Notes: generated from the letters alone by a model not told the origin. 64,000 nt of DNA from Candidatus Nealsonbacteria bacterium (GCA_047456295.1 CP179887.1:175159-239158), one strand, 5' to 3'. Counted from the stretch's first letter, positions 47,308 to 57,940 are shown. Numbers and translations are program-made.

Positions 47308-47366
47308 TATATTTATTATAATAACCCTGTTGATGAATTCAACAATAATATTATAGCAAACCAAAA

Positions 47367-47393
47367 TTAGCAGTCAATATCTTCAAGTGCTAA
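47367..47393. promoter_or_regulatory. CIRCE operator (HrcA binding site)
   Basis: TTAGCAGTC-AATATCTTC-AAGTGCTAA versus the consensus TTAGCACTC-N9-GAGTGCTAA. It lies just upstream of hrcA-grpE-dnaK-dnaJ. Confidence 0.85.
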
Positions 47394-47541
47394 TTCCATT
47401 ATTGTATCCCATGGCAAGCTTTTTTAAATTATAGTAAGATAAATAAAGATTAACTATTTTAAATTATTGATAATTCTCAGGTAAGGCTTTTAGTGCTTTT
47501 CTTAAAGAAAAATACCTTAAAGTTGCTACCTGACAAATCCA

Positions 47542-48459
47542 ATGAAAAAAATCATTAAAGGACAAAAGGTTAAGTGGATAGACATTCAAAAACCTACCAA
47601 GAAAGACCTTAATTTTCTCAGAAAAAAGTTTAATATCCACCCTTTGGTTTTAGACGAACTGGTAAATCCAGGATACAGACCAAAAGTAGACCATCATAAG
47701 GATTATATCTTTTTGATTCTTTATTATCCTGTTTACAGTCAAGAAGAAAGAGAAACCACCCACCGGGAATTAAACATCATTGCCACCAAGGATACCCTAA
47801 TCACCAGCCATTACAAATCCATCCCTCCACTTAAAACACTCTTCAATAATTGCAGAGCTTATGAGGAAGCCAGAAAAAGTTACATGGGAGAAGGACCAGG
47901 ACAGCTCCTCTATTATGTCTTGAGCTCTTTCTGGAGAAACTGCCTTACGAAACTCCAACAAATAAACAAAAGAATCTACAGGATAGAGAAAGAAATCTTC
48001 AGTGGAAGAGAAAAAGAAATGGTTCTGGAAATCTCTCTGGTAAAAACAGACATTATTAATTTCTGGAGGATAATCGAGCCCCAGAACGAGGTCTTAGATT
48101 CTCTTTCAAAAGAAGGAATAGAATTTTTTGGAAAAAACCTCTTGGCTTACTTTTCTGACCTTTCAGGAACCTATGACCAGGTCTTGAATGGTCTGGAAAG
48201 CCACAAACAAGTCATCTCAGCCCTGGAAGACACAAACCAGTCTTTGCTTTCCAGCAGGATCAACGAGATTATGAAGATATTAACCATCTTTTCTGTAGTC
48301 TTGCTTCCCTTAACCCTTATTTCTTCCATCTGGGGAATGAATTTCCCAAGGTCGCTTCCTCTTACCTACTCTTCCCTGGGTTTCTGGATAATCCTAATTC
48401 TTATGTTTTTTTTAATGTTAGGCATGATTGCTTATTTTCATAAAAAGAAATGGCTATAA
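47542..48459 (+). CDS. corA: CorA-family magnesium/cobalt transporter
   Basis: Two C-terminal TM helices with the GMNF signature (IWGMNFP). Confidence 0.88.
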   Translation: MKKIIKGQKVKWIDIQKPTKKDLNFLRKKFNIHPLVLDELVNPGYRPKVDHHKDYIFLILYYPVYSQEERETTHRELNIIATKDTLITSHYKSIPPLKTLFNNCRAYEEARKSYMGEGPGQLLYYVLSSFWRNCLTKLQQINKRIYRIEKEIFSGREKEMVLEISLVKTDIINFWRIIEPQNEVLDSLSKEGIEFFGKNLLAYFSDLSGTYDQVLNGLESHKQVISALEDTNQSLLSSRINEIMKILTIFSVVLLPLTLISSIWGMNFPRSLPLTYSSLGFWIILILMFFLMLGMIAYFHKKKWL

Positions 48460-50042
48460 CAAAAAAAGATGTATTCTTATTGTTGTTGATAGTACTCACA
48501 GCTGTTTTCTTTAGAACATGGCAGTTACATTTAATTCCTCCTGGACTTTATCCTGATGAAGCAATTAATGGAAATGATGCTCTGGATACCTTAAAAACCA
48601 GAGATTTTGAACTGGTTTATCCTGAAAATAACGGAAGGGAAGGACTCTTTATATGGCTTATTTCTGCTTGTTTTTCAATCTTTGGCATTAGTATCTGGTC
48701 GCTAAGAATAGTGGCATCATTTGTAGGAATCATAACAGTTCTTGGTCTCTATTTATTAACCAGAGAATTATTCTCTCTTGTTCAAAACCACAAGCTTCAA
48801 TCTTCAATAATTGGGCTGTTTTCAAGCTTTTTCTTGGCTGTCTCTTTCTGGCACATAAATTTCTCTCGCATTGCCTTTCGGGGAATCCTGGTTCCTTTTC
48901 TGCTGGTTTTTTCTTTTTATTTTTTGCTTAAAGGTTTCCTTTCTCAAAAAAAGTTTTATTTTATCATTACCGGAATATTGCTGGGACTGGGTCTTTATAC
49001 CTATACCACCTTCAGGATGGCACCCTTATTACTAATTGTTTTTTTAATCCCCTGGTGGTTAATTTACAAAAAACAAAAATCAGAAAAGAAATTCTTTAAA
49101 CTGACGCTATGCCTTTTAGTGTCTGCTATGGTTGTTGTTCTGCCTTTGGCTGTCTATTTTATTCAAAACCCTCAGTTTTTTATTGGCAGGACTTCTCAGA
49201 TATCAATCTTCAGCCAGCCCAATATCCCAGAATCATTTATAAAGAGCCTGATTTCTCACCTGGGAATGTTTAATTTCTACGGAGACGGTAATTGGCGCCA
49301 CAATCTTTCAGGTTCTCCTCAATTGTTCTGGCCAGTAGGAATCTTATTCCTGCTCGGATTTATTATTTCAATAAAAGAATTAATAAGCTCAATTAAAAAG
49401 AAGAATTATAACTTGTTCTTTGTTCATTGCCTGCTCTTGAGCTGGTTTTTAATAATGCTTTTGCCAGCTGCCTTAACCTATGAAGGAATCCCTCATGCCC
49501 TGCGCACCATTGGAGTCATACCTGTAGTTTACATCTTTGCCGGACTGGGTGCCTGGCAGAGCTTTCACTGGATTGAGAAAAACAGCAAAAACAAAAAATT
49601 ATTAGTATCAGGTTGTGTTTTATTCCTGCTGCTGGTATTAATCTTCCAGTTTAACAAATACTTCATTAATTGGGGTTCTCATCCTGAAACCAGGAATGCT
49701 TTTTCAAACGATATTGTCCAAATCGGGAATTACTTAAATTCCCTGCCCCCTCAAACCCAGAAGATTGTGATTGTCAACCTGTCAGGGGTTTTTGTACCCC
49801 AACTAGAGGGAGTTCCCATGCCAGCGCAAATAATAATGTTTATTGAAAATGCAAAATATGGAAAAACCCAGTCCCTTTATTTATTACCAGAAGAGATAGA
49901 TAAAATTAGAGTAAAGGAAAAAGAAACGATAATAATCCCAATGGGGTATGAGCAGAGTTTGCTCAATAAGTTCTCACAAAGGTTTCCCCAAGGAAAACTA
50001 CAAAAAAAAGACAATATCTGGTTTTACAAGATAAAGCCCTAA
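48450..50042 (+). CDS. GT-C fold membrane glycosyltransferase (ArnT/PMT, GT39/83-like) 1
   Basis: 530 aa, polytopic, with the first-loop motif LYPDEAINGNDA. Confidence 0.75.
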   Translation: MAITKKDVFLLLLIVLTAVFFRTWQLHLIPPGLYPDEAINGNDALDTLKTRDFELVYPENNGREGLFIWLISACFSIFGISIWSLRIVASFVGIITVLGLYLLTRELFSLVQNHKLQSSIIGLFSSFFLAVSFWHINFSRIAFRGILVPFLLVFSFYFLLKGFLSQKKFYFIITGILLGLGLYTYTTFRMAPLLLIVFLIPWWLIYKKQKSEKKFFKLTLCLLVSAMVVVLPLAVYFIQNPQFFIGRTSQISIFSQPNIPESFIKSLISHLGMFNFYGDGNWRHNLSGSPQLFWPVGILFLLGFIISIKELISSIKKKNYNLFFVHCLLLSWFLIMLLPAALTYEGIPHALRTIGVIPVVYIFAGLGAWQSFHWIEKNSKNKKLLVSGCVLFLLLVLIFQFNKYFINWGSHPETRNAFSNDIVQIGNYLNSLPPQTQKIVIVNLSGVFVPQLEGVPMPAQIIMFIENAKYGKTQSLYLLPEEIDKIRVKEKETIIIPMGYEQSLLNKFSQRFPQGKLQKKDNIWFYKIKP

Positions 50043-50054
50043 ACCATCAAAAAA

Positions 50055-51617
50055 ATGAAAAATTTTCTTAAAATCTTAAAACACCCTCTAATTTGGATAA
50101 TTCTTCTAGGCTTTTCTTTTAGATTTTATGGAGTAAAAAGCTTTCCTGTATTGCATGATGAAATTATGAGCATTTTGGATGGAGTGAACAAAACAAAGGA
50201 ATCGCTGATTCATTTCTTTTATATTGCTTCTTTAGAAAATACCTTAGGAATAATGCCCTTTTATTTTTGGGTAGAGCGCTTATTTACCGATAACATAGGA
50301 GTAAATAATTGGGGACTAAGGGTGTTTCCTTTAATATCAGGGATACTAACTATATATCTGGCATATTATGTAATAAAAAAACGGTTTAATAAGAATATTG
50401 CACTTTTATCCTCTTTTATTGTAGCTTTTTCAGATATATTTATATGGGTAACTTCTAAAGCCCAATTTTTTGAAGTTATTCTTGTTCCATTAAGTTTTTT
50501 AATTTTCTTTTTTTTAACCTCCGAAAATAAGAATAAATTTTACTGGTCTTCTTTATTTATTACATTAATGCTCTTTACTTATTTTGGAAAGGGATTATTT
50601 TTTCTGTTTTGCTTTTTTCTCTGGTATGCTCTTTGTAAAATATTTGACTTGAGTAGACTTAAAATAAAATGGACTGAAATTATTTCAGTGACTAAAAAAG
50701 AATTAATACAATTTTCGAGTTTTTTTCTACTTCCTCTAGTTTGGATTATTTCTGCCCATTTTATAGTGTTTTCAAAAGGGCCAATTTATAATGTAGTGGG
50801 GTTAGGCAAAATCAATAATATTTGGGAGATATTATATTTAACAACTTTTGGATATGGTATCCACGCTAAACAGTTTTTAGCAGGTTCTCCTCGGGATGCA
50901 TTTTTAGTTTTCGATAATATCCATATTTGGCCAATAACTGGTTTACTTTTCATCCCTTTCCTCTTTGGATTAGTATTTTTAATTTATGAAATAATTATCC
51001 ACTGGAGAAAAAGTAATAATTTGTTATTTAAAAGAGATACTTTCCTTTTAATTTTTGCTCTAATTCCATTTCTTTTCATAATTTTTAGAGGGATAATTAG
51101 TGCTAGATTTCATCTTTTATATTTCTTGCCTTTTGTAGTTATTTCATCAATGGGTTTATCTCAAGTAGCTTATCTTTTCGAAACCAATAAAAATAAAATC
51201 TTATATCCTATTTTTATTTTAACTTTAGGAATTTATGGATCATATATAAGTTCATGGAAAAATTGGTATTATTTTGTTTTCAATTGGAGTCTTTTCTATA
51301 AGTTGTGTGGCATTGTGTTTGGTTCGATTATGTTTTACTGCACAATAGGATTTCTTATTAAAATTAATAAAAAGATATTTGTCAGAAGTTTCATTGGGGT
51401 ATTTTTATTTTTTTTGATAATAATCAATTTTTTCTTTGGCCCCATTGTGTGGGGTATCAATGCACCTTGGGCTCCGGCATCCGATAATAAATTAAATTAT
51501 TTAGAAGGTAACGAAGAATCAATAATTAATTTTGCTTTAAAGCAAAATAAACCAAACATTTGTTATAAACTTCCTAAAAATTGGAAAGAAATATGTTTAG
51601 ATCGTTTTAATCAGTAA
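50055..51617 (+). CDS. GT-C fold membrane glycosyltransferase-like protein 2
   Basis: 520 aa, polytopic, with first-loop HDEIMSILDG. More divergent than the other two. Confidence 0.6.
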   Translation: MKNFLKILKHPLIWIILLGFSFRFYGVKSFPVLHDEIMSILDGVNKTKESLIHFFYIASLENTLGIMPFYFWVERLFTDNIGVNNWGLRVFPLISGILTIYLAYYVIKKRFNKNIALLSSFIVAFSDIFIWVTSKAQFFEVILVPLSFLIFFFLTSENKNKFYWSSLFITLMLFTYFGKGLFFLFCFFLWYALCKIFDLSRLKIKWTEIISVTKKELIQFSSFFLLPLVWIISAHFIVFSKGPIYNVVGLGKINNIWEILYLTTFGYGIHAKQFLAGSPRDAFLVFDNIHIWPITGLLFIPFLFGLVFLIYEIIIHWRKSNNLLFKRDTFLLIFALIPFLFIIFRGIISARFHLLYFLPFVVISSMGLSQVAYLFETNKNKILYPIFILTLGIYGSYISSWKNWYYFVFNWSLFYKLCGIVFGSIMFYCTIGFLIKINKKIFVRSFIGVFLFFLIIINFFFGPIVWGINAPWAPASDNKLNYLEGNEESIINFALKQNKPNICYKLPKNWKEICLDRFNQ

Positions 51618-51629
51618 TTAACTTTAATC

Positions 51630-53372
51630 ATGAGTAATAAAACTGTCTCCATTTTAGCTGGAATATTACTTACAACAGTATTTCTACTTTGCGTTTTCAG
51701 TATGAAAGATGATTCAACCACAATGGATGAATTGTCCCATATTCCAGCAGGTTATTCTTACCTGTCCCAAAAAGACTTCAGAATAAATCCAGAACATCCT
51801 CCTTTAATTAAAGACCTGGCAGCTTTTCCTCTTTTATTCTTAGACCTCAATTTTCCATCAGATTCTCATTCCTGGACCACTAATGTAAACGACCAATGGG
51901 TATTCGGCTGGGAGTTTTTATACAATATCGGGAATAACCCTGACCAGATTATGTTCTGGGCCCGTCTGCCCATGGTCTTTATTCTTGTCTTCCTGGGATG
52001 GTTTTTGTTTTGGTGGACAAAAAGAGAATTTGGCAAACAAACAGCTATATTTGTTTTAACCCTTTTTTCTTTTTCTCCAAATTTCCTGGCTCACGGTAGA
52101 CTGGTCACAACCGATGTGGGAGCCACCCTAGGATTTGTGTTAGCTACTTATTTCTGGTTAAGGTTTATTAAAAACCCTTCAAAAAAGAACGTTGTTATAG
52201 CAGGTCTTATCCTTGGACTCTGTCTGCTGTTTAAATTCTCTCTCATTCTTTTGGTTCCTTTCTTTGGCATAATCACCATTGTTTTTGCCATATTAAAAAA
52301 ACAATCTGTTTTAAAATATGTTGCTCTTTCAATTCTGGCAGGAATAATAGGAATAATATTTGTGATATTACCCGTTTACCAAATACATGTTTTAAACTAT
52401 CCTTTGGAAAAACAGCTGTCAGACACAAAAACCATCTTAGAATCTTCTCCCCTGGGTCCTTTAAAAGACCTTTGTATCTTTATGGCAGACAAACCAATAT
52501 TGAGGCCTCTTGCTCATTATCTTTTAGGACTCTTGATGGCTACCCAGAGGACTGCTTTTGGAAATACGGTTTATTTTATGGGTATGATTTCAGCTTCAGG
52601 CTGGTGGTATTATTTCCCTGTTGTATATTTTCTAAAGGTTCCTCTGTCATTCCATATATTAACCTTGATTTCTCTGTTTTCAATCTCTATCTTGGTTAAA
52701 AAACCTTTCTGGATTAATACCAAAGAAAGAATTAAAAAATGCATTCTGGATAACTTCACCGCATTTTCCATGCTGGTCTTTCTGCTGATATATTGGATAA
52801 CCTCTATTTCAGGAAATCTTAATATCGGGGTAAGACATATCCTGCCTGTCTTTCCCTTCACTTATATCCTGGTTGCTTTAGGCTTAAATTCTGCAATCAA
52901 AGAAATAAAAAAACCTGTTTTTAAAAAAGCAGGGATCTCTTTAATTTTAATACTTATTTTCTGGTATGTTTTCTCTTCTTTAAATGTTTACCCCTTTTAT
53001 CTATCTTATTTCAATGAAATAGCTGGAGGTCCTGATAATGGATACAAATACGTGGTTGACTCAAATTATGACTGGGGACAGGATTTAAAAAGATTAACCA
53101 GATGGCTCAAAGAAAACAATATTGAAAAGATAAAGGTTGATTATTTTGGAGGAGGAGACCTAGCTTACTATCTGGGAGACAAATGGGAGAGATTTGATCC
53201 TTTACAAGGCCCTCAAAAAGGATGGCTGGCAGTATCTGTTGGCCAGCTTCAGGGAGGCAGGGGAAATCCTGTCCCTGGTTTTGACCAGCCATCAGGTTAT
53301 TACAAGTGGTTAAACAAATACACGCCTGTTGCTAAAGCTGGCAAATCAATATTTATCTACTACATAGATTAA
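51630..53372 (+). CDS. GT-C fold membrane glycosyltransferase (phospholipid-carrier dependent, PMT-like) 3
   Basis: 580 aa with first-loop TTMDELSHIPAGYSY and a soluble C-terminal domain. Confidence 0.75.
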   Translation: MSNKTVSILAGILLTTVFLLCVFSMKDDSTTMDELSHIPAGYSYLSQKDFRINPEHPPLIKDLAAFPLLFLDLNFPSDSHSWTTNVNDQWVFGWEFLYNIGNNPDQIMFWARLPMVFILVFLGWFLFWWTKREFGKQTAIFVLTLFSFSPNFLAHGRLVTTDVGATLGFVLATYFWLRFIKNPSKKNVVIAGLILGLCLLFKFSLILLVPFFGIITIVFAILKKQSVLKYVALSILAGIIGIIFVILPVYQIHVLNYPLEKQLSDTKTILESSPLGPLKDLCIFMADKPILRPLAHYLLGLLMATQRTAFGNTVYFMGMISASGWWYYFPVVYFLKVPLSFHILTLISLFSISILVKKPFWINTKERIKKCILDNFTAFSMLVFLLIYWITSISGNLNIGVRHILPVFPFTYILVALGLNSAIKEIKKPVFKKAGISLILILIFWYVFSSLNVYPFYLSYFNEIAGGPDNGYKYVVDSNYDWGQDLKRLTRWLKENNIEKIKVDYFGGGDLAYYLGDKWERFDPLQGPQKGWLAVSVGQLQGGRGNPVPGFDQPSGYYKWLNKYTPVAKAGKSIFIYYID

Positions 53373-54212
53373 TCATTCTTCTTTCTCTATATATTTAAAG
53401 GGAGCTAAATTCCCGAATCTCAAGTCAATATATTCCAAATCTTTTCTTTTATCTAAAGGAATGTATTTTTCCAAAACTGCTTTCAGTTTTGTGAACTGCC
53501 AATACAGGTCTTTTTTAGGGTTAAAATAAATCTCAAAACCATCTAAAACCCTGACATTTATTCTTTCCTCAGAAACAATTAAAATATCTCCAATTAAAAT
53601 ATCTGAATTTTCTAATTCTGAGAAAATCTCCAGAATCTTGGAAACTAAATCTGTTTCTATTACTTTTTCCCCTATTGCTGATTTATTTTCTGAATCAGGG
53701 CTTTTAATTTTCGGCAGCTGGAAATTATTATCCAAAACCATCTCAAAAACTATTCCTTCCCTGTCCAATAAAAAACATTCCTCTCTGATTAACCGGATTT
53801 CTTCATTATCAGATTCATAATCTTTACAAAAGGTTGCTACCTCAACCCTCTCTTCAACAATACAATCTATTGTATCGGGAAGGACTTGCTTTAATCTTAC
53901 CTTTCCCACCTTGGAAAACTCATTTAAAATATCTTCTTTTGTTTTATTTAAATCTGCCAAAAAGATATTCTTCTCAAGAAAAAACAATTTTTTTTCTGCC
54001 AGTTCTCTTTCAATAACCTTGACAATCTCTTGTTTTGAAACCTTTTCATTACCAGAAATTATTATGTTTTCAACCTGAAAAAAACTTGAAAAAACCAATA
54101 AATACACAACTAAAACAGAAAAAACAAAAACAAAAAAAGTTGACCAGAAATACTTTTTTTTGAAAAATGGTTGTTTCTTCTTAATTCTGTGGGGTTTGCG
54201 GTATTTTCTCAT
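53373..54212 (-). CDS. ftsQ: FtsQ-like cell-division protein (TM anchor plus POTRA)
   Basis: N-terminal TM segment FWSTFFVFVFSVLVVYLLVF, then FQVENIIISGNEKVSKQEIVKVI (POTRA_1). Confidence 0.7.
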   Translation of the reverse strand: MRKYRKPHRIKKKQPFFKKKYFWSTFFVFVFSVLVVYLLVFSSFFQVENIIISGNEKVSKQEIVKVIERELAEKKLFFLEKNIFLADLNKTKEDILNEFSKVGKVRLKQVLPDTIDCIVEERVEVATFCKDYESDNEEIRLIREECFLLDREGIVFEMVLDNNFQLPKIKSPDSENKSAIGEKVIETDLVSKILEIFSELENSDILIGDILIVSEERINVRVLDGFEIYFNPKKDLYWQFTKLKAVLEKYIPLDKRKDLEYIDLRFGNLAPFKYIEKEE

Positions 54213-54225
54213 GATAAATCAAAAT

Positions 54226-54248
54226 ACATATTGTATTATACAATATGT
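54226..54248. promoter_or_regulatory. perfect palindrome upstream of the ftsQ-like gene
   Basis: ACATATTGTA-TTA-TACAATATGT lies 14 nt upstream of the start codon. CAATATGT recurs at about 54294. Confidence 0.35.
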
Positions 54249-54338
54249 GTTGAGAATTAGACAAAGCGTGTCATAAGGCTCTAACAATATGTCTTGTTGG
54301 ACGCTATAAGGGCCGACTCAGAACATTTAACCAATTTA

Positions 54339-54367
54339 AAAGCCGAGTAGGTTTTACTCGGTTTTTT
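54339..54367. terminator. bidirectional rho-independent terminator ending the minus-strand nuclease operon
   Basis: AAAAGCCGAGTA-GGTTT-TACTCGGTTTTTT lies 21 nt beyond the stop of the SbcC-like gene. Confidence 0.8.
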
Positions 54368-54387
54368 GGTTTTTATTATTTCTGAAA

Positions 54388-56814
54388 TTAGGTAATCTCT
54401 GCTATTTCCAGAATCTTATCAGCAAACTTGTCGCAATAATCATGACAAGTGAATATTAATACCTGATGGTTTTTCGATAATTTCTTGCAGAGTTCTAAAG
54501 TTTTCATTCGTCTATCTTTATCAAAATGAGTAAATGGATCATCCATAAAGATTGGTGGATTTTTGTTGGGAACAAGAATCTCCGTCAAGGCAAATCTTGC
54601 AGCTAAATAAAGCTGATCAATGGTTCCACTCGAAAGTTCCTGTGAAGAGCTACTGACATCTATCCAATCATCTTTCTTATCGGACCATAATACAATGTCT
54701 AAATTTTCTCCAAGTTTTATTTTACTGTACTTTCCAGCTGTAATATGCGATAAGCTTTTTCCAATTTTTTGACTCAATGTTTTTGAAATATCTTTAATAG
54801 TTTGAACTCTGGCTTTCGATATCATATCCATAACTATATCATTAATCCCGGTCTTTCTGTTTAATTTATAGATTTCTTTTTCTTTAAAGGTAACTTTTTC
54901 TTCGAGTTCCGCAACATCTTCAACTCCTATTCTTTTATTTTCCTTAATAACCATCTCTGAAAAACTTTTTTTTGCTTCTAAATTCGGGGTGGCCTCTTTA
55001 AGGTTTTTGAGCTCCCCTTCTTTTCTTATAAATTTTTCAGATGTACACTTAAACATCTCTAATTCATCTAACTCAGCTTTACAAATTGCTAGCTCCTTAA
55101 CAACTTTCTCCTGTTCTTTTTTCAAATCGTCTTCTTTTTTTAACTCTTTTAACGCACCTAAACTTTCATTTGTCGATCCTTTTAATTCTTCACGCTTTTT
55201 TTCTAATCTTTCTACTTCTTTTTCCAAAACTTTTATTTCTTTATCCGTAAGTGAATAATTTTTTAATTTAGCTAATTCTTTGTTTAACAACTTTATCTCT
55301 TCACTATATTTCTTTCGCTCAGTCTTTATTTTTTCTAATGTCCCGTCACCTAAAATCGTTTTGTATTCTATACTTTTTTTACTTTTTGATTCTTCCAATC
55401 TTCGAAGTTCATTCCAAGCATTTTTAAGATATTTAACGTTCGCAACTTCATATCTTTTGAATAAAGATTTTAGAACGCTTTTTTTCCGACGAAGCTCTTC
55501 AAATAATTTTTGAATCTCTTCCTTTTTATTTGAAATATCAATATTGACTAAATCTTTAACTCTGAGATTTATAAGTGATTTCCCAGATATTTTCAGCTTG
55601 TTTTTAGCTTTTAATTCCTGGGTTTTTTTAGGGAGATTATCAATTTTAAAAGAAAGTTTCAATTTTTTGTTTGGGACTAAGGAGACTACTATTCCTTGTG
55701 ACGAAAGCGCTTTTTCAAAATCCTCTATTTCTTTCGGTAACGAGAGAGCGTTATTATAATCTTTCTCATCAATTTGTTTTTTTTGAGAAATTTTCGTTTC
55801 AATATTTACCATCTCTTCTTTTAAAAGATCGATTTTCTTAATATCTTCTAATAATTTCTTTTCGTCTTTTACGTAACTATTCTTTTTGTCAATAATGTCA
55901 AGGAAAGATTTGCCTTTATCAAGATTTTCTTTTTTAATCTTCAGTTTTTCTTCAATTTTATTCAACTCTTTAGAGTCTCTACTAAGTTTTTCTTTGGCTG
56001 TCTTTCCCCTTTTTTTTATTTTTGCTAGTTCATTATATTTACTCGATAACTCATCAAAGTGTTTTTTACTATTAATATATTTCTTTGCATTTTCTATAGC
56101 TTTTGTTTTAATTTTAATATTTTCTTTCAGTTTCGGTAATTTCTCCGAAATTCGAGATAGTTCAATTCTATGTTCCTCTAGTTCGCCGACTTTGTTTTTT
56201 AACTCCCTGAGTTGAATACCTAATTTATGTAATTCATCTTCTGATTTTTTGATCGGCCCAAGATTTTTAAGCCCTCCCTTCTTTAATCCTCTATTTTCTT
56301 TTTCTAATAGCTTTAAAAGTTCACTTAGATCAACGCCACCACCTGAAATCTTTTCATCTAAAAGCGTTTTAATTTCGGGTAGTCCGCTATCAATCTTCTT
56401 GATTTCATCCTGAGTTATACATATTGTTGATATAAAACACTTCTCGGAAGGTAATCCTATTAACTCAATAAGTTTTTCTTGAATCCTTTTTTTATCCTTT
56501 AAAGTTAATCCCCTCGGTAGAGTTAAAATATTCTTTTTGTCTTCATAATCTCTTGTAAGAATGAAAGTTTCTTTCCCGCGTTGAAGATGTAACTCTATCA
56601 GAAATAATTTATCTGATTTCCATCTTTTTTGTACTTTAACGTCTGAACTAGTAGTGGTGGCGTCTCCAAAAATAGAAAGCTTTATCGCGCTCAATAGTGA
56701 TGACTTTCCTGATTCGTTTGGTCCTTTTAATACAATAAGGCCCTGAGGAAGATCCTGATCAAAGGTTTTTAAGTTGCGGAAGTCTTTAATCTTTATTTTT
56801 TTGATAATCATCAA
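54388..56814 (-). CDS. sbcC: SMC/Rad50-like coiled-coil ABC ATPase (SbcC / YhaN-like), no CxxC zinc hook seen
   Basis: Walker A GPNESGKSS, about 550 aa of K/E-rich coiled coil, signature LSSGTIDQLYLAARFAL, Walker B PPIFMDDPF. Confidence 0.85.
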   Translation of the reverse strand: MMIIKKIKIKDFRNLKTFDQDLPQGLIVLKGPNESGKSSLLSAIKLSIFGDATTTSSDVKVQKRWKSDKLFLIELHLQRGKETFILTRDYEDKKNILTLPRGLTLKDKKRIQEKLIELIGLPSEKCFISTICITQDEIKKIDSGLPEIKTLLDEKISGGGVDLSELLKLLEKENRGLKKGGLKNLGPIKKSEDELHKLGIQLRELKNKVGELEEHRIELSRISEKLPKLKENIKIKTKAIENAKKYINSKKHFDELSSKYNELAKIKKRGKTAKEKLSRDSKELNKIEEKLKIKKENLDKGKSFLDIIDKKNSYVKDEKKLLEDIKKIDLLKEEMVNIETKISQKKQIDEKDYNNALSLPKEIEDFEKALSSQGIVVSLVPNKKLKLSFKIDNLPKKTQELKAKNKLKISGKSLINLRVKDLVNIDISNKKEEIQKLFEELRRKKSVLKSLFKRYEVANVKYLKNAWNELRRLEESKSKKSIEYKTILGDGTLEKIKTERKKYSEEIKLLNKELAKLKNYSLTDKEIKVLEKEVERLEKKREELKGSTNESLGALKELKKEDDLKKEQEKVVKELAICKAELDELEMFKCTSEKFIRKEGELKNLKEATPNLEAKKSFSEMVIKENKRIGVEDVAELEEKVTFKEKEIYKLNRKTGINDIVMDMISKARVQTIKDISKTLSQKIGKSLSHITAGKYSKIKLGENLDIVLWSDKKDDWIDVSSSSQELSSGTIDQLYLAARFALTEILVPNKNPPIFMDDPFTHFDKDRRMKTLELCKKLSKNHQVLIFTCHDYCDKFADKILEIAEIT

Positions 56815-56815
56815 T

Positions 56816-57940
56816 TTAAAGCTTTAATTTTCCTAGAAGCAGTGCAACTCCCTTTCTGAGCGCTTCGTCATATATTCCTTTTCTTTCTTCTGGTAACTTT
56901 TTAATTTCTTCTTTTAAAATTTGAATAAAATTATAGCCGATTGTTTTTGCAGGAAAAAGGTTATCCACGTTTGTTGGAATATCAGAATGTACTTTTGAAG
57001 AGTCTATTCTTAAAAAAGCGAAATTATTATTTAGTTCATTCTCTAGTTCAAAAAAATCAATAGAGTTATCCAAGCCTACTAAACCCTTTAAATGAAATCT
57101 TACTATTTTATCCTTTCCTTGATAATCAAGAATTTTCTTTTTAAGACTATCGGCCGTAGGATAGACTGAAGTATCAATATTAATTTCTTTCCAATCATAT
57201 TTACCTGTCTTTATTTTTTCTATGTTACAGATTTTTTTATCTAATTCTATTAGTAGTACAAAACCAGATTTATCTCTGTCTTCAAATTGTAATGTTTCAG
57301 GTGAGCCTGAATACCACGCTTTTGTTTTGCCAAGGGAATACTCGGCGCATTTATGCCAATGTCCTAAAGCTATATAATCCATTCCGCTATTCTCAATCTC
57401 CTTTTGATTAATTATATACTCATTCGGATTATACTTCCCTTCTATCTTTATGGAACCGTGAGCTAAAGCAATATTTAGAGCCGTTTCTTTACTTGGCTTT
57501 AATCCTTTTAACGGTGACTCTGAACCAAAATTTGTTATATTTGCTTTACTATGAACAGCAATATCTAACTCTTTAAAAATCTTTGTGGTTGGTTTTGGAT
57601 CTTTTAAAATAGAAACATTTCCTAAGTTATGAATAAATTCATCACGCCTATATACCGAACTTGAATCATAACAATCATGGGTTCCCGGAATTATACAAAC
57701 AGTGATTCCTTTTAATTTTTTAAAATTGTCTATAACGTATCCCAGTAAATCTGAAGAAACCTTGTTTGAATCAAATAAATCTCCAGATATTAATAATAAG
57801 TCTATTTCTTTCTCTATTGCTAACTCAATTATGTTCGAGAATGTATTTTTAACTGTTTCTCGAAGCTCTTTTCCAAACTCAGAAAGAAATTTAAATTCTC
57901 TTCCTAGATGTAAATCTGCAGTATGTAAGATCTTAATCAT
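56816..57940 (-). CDS. sbcD: Mre11/SbcD-like metallophosphoesterase nuclease
   Basis: ILHTADLHLG, SGDLFD, GTHD and GHWH calcineurin-like motifs. Its stop lies 1 nt before the ATPase start. Confidence 0.85.
   Translation of the reverse strand: MIKILHTADLHLGREFKFLSEFGKELRETVKNTFSNIIELAIEKEIDLLLISGDLFDSNKVSSDLLGYVIDNFKKLKGITVCIIPGTHDCYDSSSVYRRDEFIHNLGNVSILKDPKPTTKIFKELDIAVHSKANITNFGSESPLKGLKPSKETALNIALAHGSIKIEGKYNPNEYIINQKEIENSGMDYIALGHWHKCAEYSLGKTKAWYSGSPETLQFEDRDKSGFVLLIELDKKICNIEKIKTGKYDWKEINIDTSVYPTADSLKKKILDYQGKDKIVRFHLKGLVGLDNSIDFFELENELNNNFAFLRIDSSKVHSDIPTNVDNLFPAKTIGYNFIQILKEEIKKLPEERKGIYDEALRKGVALLLGKLKL

Noticed and set aside
54989-56215. Four plus-strand ORFs (71-109 aa) opposite the SbcC-like gene
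   Set aside because: They are mirror frames of a K/E-rich coiled-coil coding region, where AAG/GAA codons read backwards give S/F/L-rich strings. They are artefacts of codon composition.
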